Positions 60,068-64,000 of a DNA stretch of 64,000 nt are shown piece after piece. The first letter of the stretch is position 1. The number at the start of each line of letters is the position of its first letter. The notes beneath the pieces are model-generated. The model saw nothing but the letters and a program-made list of their open reading frames with translations, was not told the DNA's origin and did not search any database. Source of the DNA: Squalus acanthias. Taxonomy: Eukaryota. The stretch is from contig CM059431.1 of NCBI GenBank assembly GCA_030390025.1, forward strand, positions 106,766,001 to 106,830,000, written 5' to 3'. The position numbers and the translations under genes are program-made.

Positions 60068-60545
60068 CCGCTGTCCATATACTAACTCGCACTAAGTCCT
60101 GTTCACCCATCACCCCTGTGCTCGCTGACCTACATTGGTTCCCGGTCTGGCAACGCCTCAATTTTAAAATTCTCATCCTTGTTTTCAAATCCCTCCATGG
60201 CCTCATCCCTCCCTATCTCTGTAATCTCCTCCAGCCCTACAACCCTCCGAGATATCTGCGCTCCTCCAAATCTAGCCTCTTGAGCATCCCGATTTTCATC
60301 GCTCCACCATTGGTGGCCGTGCCTTCAGCTGCCTGGGCCCTCAACTCTGGAAATCCCTCCCTGAACCTCCCTAGCTCTCTCTCCTCCTTTAAGATGCTCC
60401 TTAAAACCAAAATCTTTGACCAAGTCTGCCCTAAATATCGCCTTATCTGGCTCGGTGTCAAATCTTGTCTGATAATGCTCCTCTGAAGCGCCTTGGGATG
60501 CTTTACTATGTTAAAGGCGCTATATAAATGTGGTTGTTGTTGTTG
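60068..60545 (+). mobile_element. L2-type LINE 3' fragment
   Basis: PITPVLADLHWFPVWQRLNFKILILVFKSLHGL peptide; (GTT)n tail. Confidence 0.9.
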
Positions 60546-61746
60546 ATCACTGCAGTCATCATTGGTTTGTTCGGGAGGAGTCACTCAAACACTAACTCCA
60601 AGTAAAATGCCCTAGGAAGTTATGTTTTATTCCGGTTGTGCAGTGAGTTTCATCGCTTACATTAAACATGACTTGAAACAAAGTGGAAAAAGCTGGAGAA
60701 GATATTATCCGAGTAATTGCTTGACATAAGCCATTACGGGAGCTGATTAATTGATCAACAAATATCAGTTCCATTACCTCTACCGAGGAAAACAATGGGC
60801 ACTGTTTTTTTTTGAATAATTACCTTTTTACTTATTCAAAACTGTAATGTGCAAAGATTTAAGTTTTTGACTCTGAAGTGAATTGGCACACCTCAGCAAC
60901 TGCTCCGGAGCTATCTCTGCGGAATGGCAAAGGCTAATCGTTCCGTCTGAGATAGTCACATTAATCTAAGCACTGTTCCTGCTTCACAATGCTGAGCGCT
61001 GTCCCATTCAGATGCGCAAGGTGTGAGCCAGTGCGATGCAGGTGGTCCCATTGCTGCAAACCTGTGCTAAATTGCTGCTATTCATTATAGTTACAGGCTG
61101 CCTGCGTGGATGCCAGGCATGGGCCAGGGTAACTAATCCACTGCTGTCATAAAATGGCATGTCACTGACAAAGCCTTAATTACACCATTTATTAATGGTA
61201 CAATTTCCAACACATCCCGCATCGTAGCCCAGACCTCATTAGTGCCATTTATGAATAATATCTTCTGGTGTATAATACTCTATAAAGTGAAGTTTAAAAG
61301 AAAAAAAAAACATTAGACTTCCTCGGTGACAAGAGTACAAATATCCCGGAGCCTAAATTAGCATCTGGATGTGGGAAATAGCATCTTTTCAATCACCTGT
61401 TAAACAATGATGTTGACTTTGAAGAATAACAGCGATGTTCCTGACTCTGATGTTGACACCTGCAAATTCATCATTTAGTTAATAAATTATGAAGTGTTAC
61501 CCATCATTCAAAATTCTACCTCTCGTAGATTCGAATGTTGCTTAGCCCTTGTCCCCGAGCATTTATTCACCAACTGTGATGTGTTTGAATTTGTGGAGAA
61601 AGGCTGATTATTTCCCTGTCTATTTTACAGTACTCGTTGCAGAGATTACCTTTTCCTGCTAGCTGCCTGGCCTTGTGCTTGAGTGTTAGCAGATATTAAA
61701 AGGTTTGTCATGAGTAAAAGGGAATAGAACTGTATGTATATATATT

Positions 61747-61780
<34 letters not shown>

Positions 61781-62527
61781 CGTGCATATAGGAAACATTG
61801 CTTTGTGTCTCACTAGATAGTGACAAAAGATTGTAGGAAAAAGAAGCATGAAATAGGTGATCATTTTGATATTTTAATGGCAAATGGAATGTTTAATGAG
61901 GCATAAGTACAATTAAGGACTGACATGCTGTGTTCTGTAAGGAGTTTCAACTCTTGTTATTAGAATACTGCATCAACTGGTGAATGATGAAATATTTAAA
62001 AAGGCATTGTCTGGATCTCGAGAGGCTTTTACTCTGTGTGATTTGACACTCAGACTGGTAGGAATATGTTAATTAAATTCTGTTCAAATTCACGAACAAC
62101 ACGGAACCCTCAAAAAATGATCTTCAGAGTTTTGAATGTGATTAATGAAATAACTTCTGGCAAAGTGTGAAATGCAACCGATTGAAACCTTTGGTGTCCT
62201 TAGATACCATATTACGGAGTTAAATAATACATTAGGGTTAAGGTGTATAACAGCCTCTTTACCTACAACAGCTTTACAATGACGGAAATAAAAAAGAAAA
62301 TTACCTTCCCACAAAAATGATAGATTTTGTTGCGTCACAGCTGGCAACATTACATACTTTAGTTGTGGAGAGTTCCTTCTTCTCTTCATGTGTACTATTG
62401 TCTTTTAAGATGTCGACCTTAACTCACGTGTGCCCTGAAGAAGGAGGCACTGACAGATTATTGTAACATTAGGACTGAGGGCAGATTGTAGGCAACATTT
62501 ACTTCCTCCTTAGTCTGTCCAAGGTAC

Positions 62528-62665
62528 TAGAACATAGGAACATAGGCCACAGGAACAGGCCATTCACCCCCTCAAACCTGCTCCGCCATTCAATTAGATC
62601 ATGGCTGATCTGCACCTCAACTCCATTTACCTGCCTTAGCTCCATATCCCTTGATACCCTTACCC
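62528..62665 (-). mobile_element. CR1 3' UTR fragment
   Basis: Reverse complement of the CR1 tail. Confidence 0.8.
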
Positions 62666-63149
62666 AATAAAATTACACCTCTGTCAATCATGCCTGTTAA
62701 TAACACATCTTGTTCGATGTTCTGCATAGATAATTGAGGAATCATTTTTTTTTGTAGTATTGTTTGCGTTTATTCTCTGTGGCAATATATTGGCGATTCT
62801 TTGTATGTTTGGGCTAGTGACTCTTGTTTTTCAGGTGATTTGGTCTCAGAGAGGACTTACTTGGGCAATTTCTTCTACAGCTGAAGACTATGTGAGTGCT
62901 AGTATGCAAGCAATTGCCATCCTCGCTGAGGCAAGATCCATTTCCCCGTCTCTCTTGCAACTCCATTGTTTTGCGTGTCCAAAATTAAGGCCTGTTGTAC
63001 AGATGCTATGGCTTCCTCTAATTGCCCCCAAACCTCCAACTCTTGATGGGAGCTCATGATACAAATTAAATTGAAAAGTTTAGTGTGGAAAGTGCCTGAT
63101 AGCCTCCATCACGAGTGGGGCCTTGCATGCAGTGAGTGGCTTACAGTAG

Positions 63150-63253
63150 TGTCAGCTGTGGCTCAGTTGGTAGCACTTTTGCCTTTCAGTCAGCAGGTTG
63201 TGGGTTCAGGTCCCACTCCAGGAACTTGAGCACAGAATCAAGGCTGACACTTC
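63150..63253 (+). mobile_element. tRNA-derived SINE head interrupted by a MITE
   Basis: A box TGGCTCAGTTGG and B box GGTTCAGGTCC. Confidence 0.82.
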
Positions 63254-64000
63254 GGGGGCGATTTTTCCCAGCCCTGGGGAGGCAGGTTTGGAGACGGGAC
63301 AGCCGGTAAAATAGCAGAATCTGGGAGCGGGTACACAACCCGCCTCCGTGCCATCTTCCCAGGTAGTTAACAGGCTGTTTTTTGGCTAATCCTTATTTTG
63401 AGCCCTAAAGTGTGGGCTTCTTGACGGCTCCGAACCTCGCCAGGGTCAGCGAGGTGAGCCGTGGGTCTGCGGAGGTCGGAGGGGCCGAAATGTCTGGTGC
63501 GCAGGTGAGTGATGAGTGCAAGTGTGGGAGGTAAGTGTGTGAGGTGAGTCTAAAGTGTTTTAATAAGATTACTTACCTTTGCTTCTTCCTCCCGGCTTCA
63601 TCCCTTTAGGCTGCGGAGCTGCCTCATCTCACTGGCAGAGAAAGCAGAATGGCCGCTGCATTCTTAAATGCAGCAGCCTTCTGCTTTCTGCTCAGGAAAG
63701 CTTTCTAAATGAGCCTGTGTCCAAGGTCTCAACTTAGAAGACAGATTGTCAGTGTTTGACAGCTTCACAGAGCTGTCAAACGATGACAATTCATCTGTCA
63801 AAAAATCTTGACAGATGAAACATCATACGCTGACGTCATCTGTCAACAGCTTTCCCTTAATTGGCCGACTAAGCCTGCTGGGCGGGCTTAACAAGGCCAA
63901 TCAAGGGAAAATAGCATGAGTTGGCCAGACATCGATGGAGGTGGGACTAAAACCCGACAAGCAGCTTTCCTGGCTCCATCACGTCTCCATTGATAAAATC
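63254..64000. mobile_element. MITE, same family as 39779-40622 (runs off the window)
   Basis: Extensive identity to 39779-40616 with an internal deletion. Confidence 0.9.

Overview
Eukaryotic, repeat-dense DNA, most likely an intergenic or intronic region of a shark or other cartilaginous fish. This is inferred from the mix of CR1, L2 and RTE LINEs, Deu-domain tRNA SINEs, Penelope-like elements and Harbinger elements. No host protein-coding gene can be supported. The only convincing long ORFs belong to transposons: a nearly full-length Neptune-type Penelope-like element (RT + GIY-YIG, 19090-22087) and a CR1 LINE with an intact ORF2 (35569-38816). The window also holds a decayed two-gene PIF/Harbinger transposon, many Harbinger-type MITEs, a solo LTR and two satellites; the 950-aa ORF is an artefact of one of them. 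Three observations stand out. (1) The Penelope 3' end carries a minimal hammerhead ribozyme, which also occurs as ~100-bp stand-alone inserts flanked by target-site duplications (TSDs); all four Penelope-type insertions have 11-14 bp TSDs, and one ribozyme copy is split at its cleavage triplet by a MITE. (2) A correctly phased U_UUA_AAC slippery site joins CR1 ORF1 to an ORF2 that has no AUG upstream of its endonuclease domain, suggesting -1 ribosomal frameshifting. (3) Several unique AT-rich islands look like conserved non-coding enhancers. All calls were made by eye; boundaries of degraded repeats are approximate.
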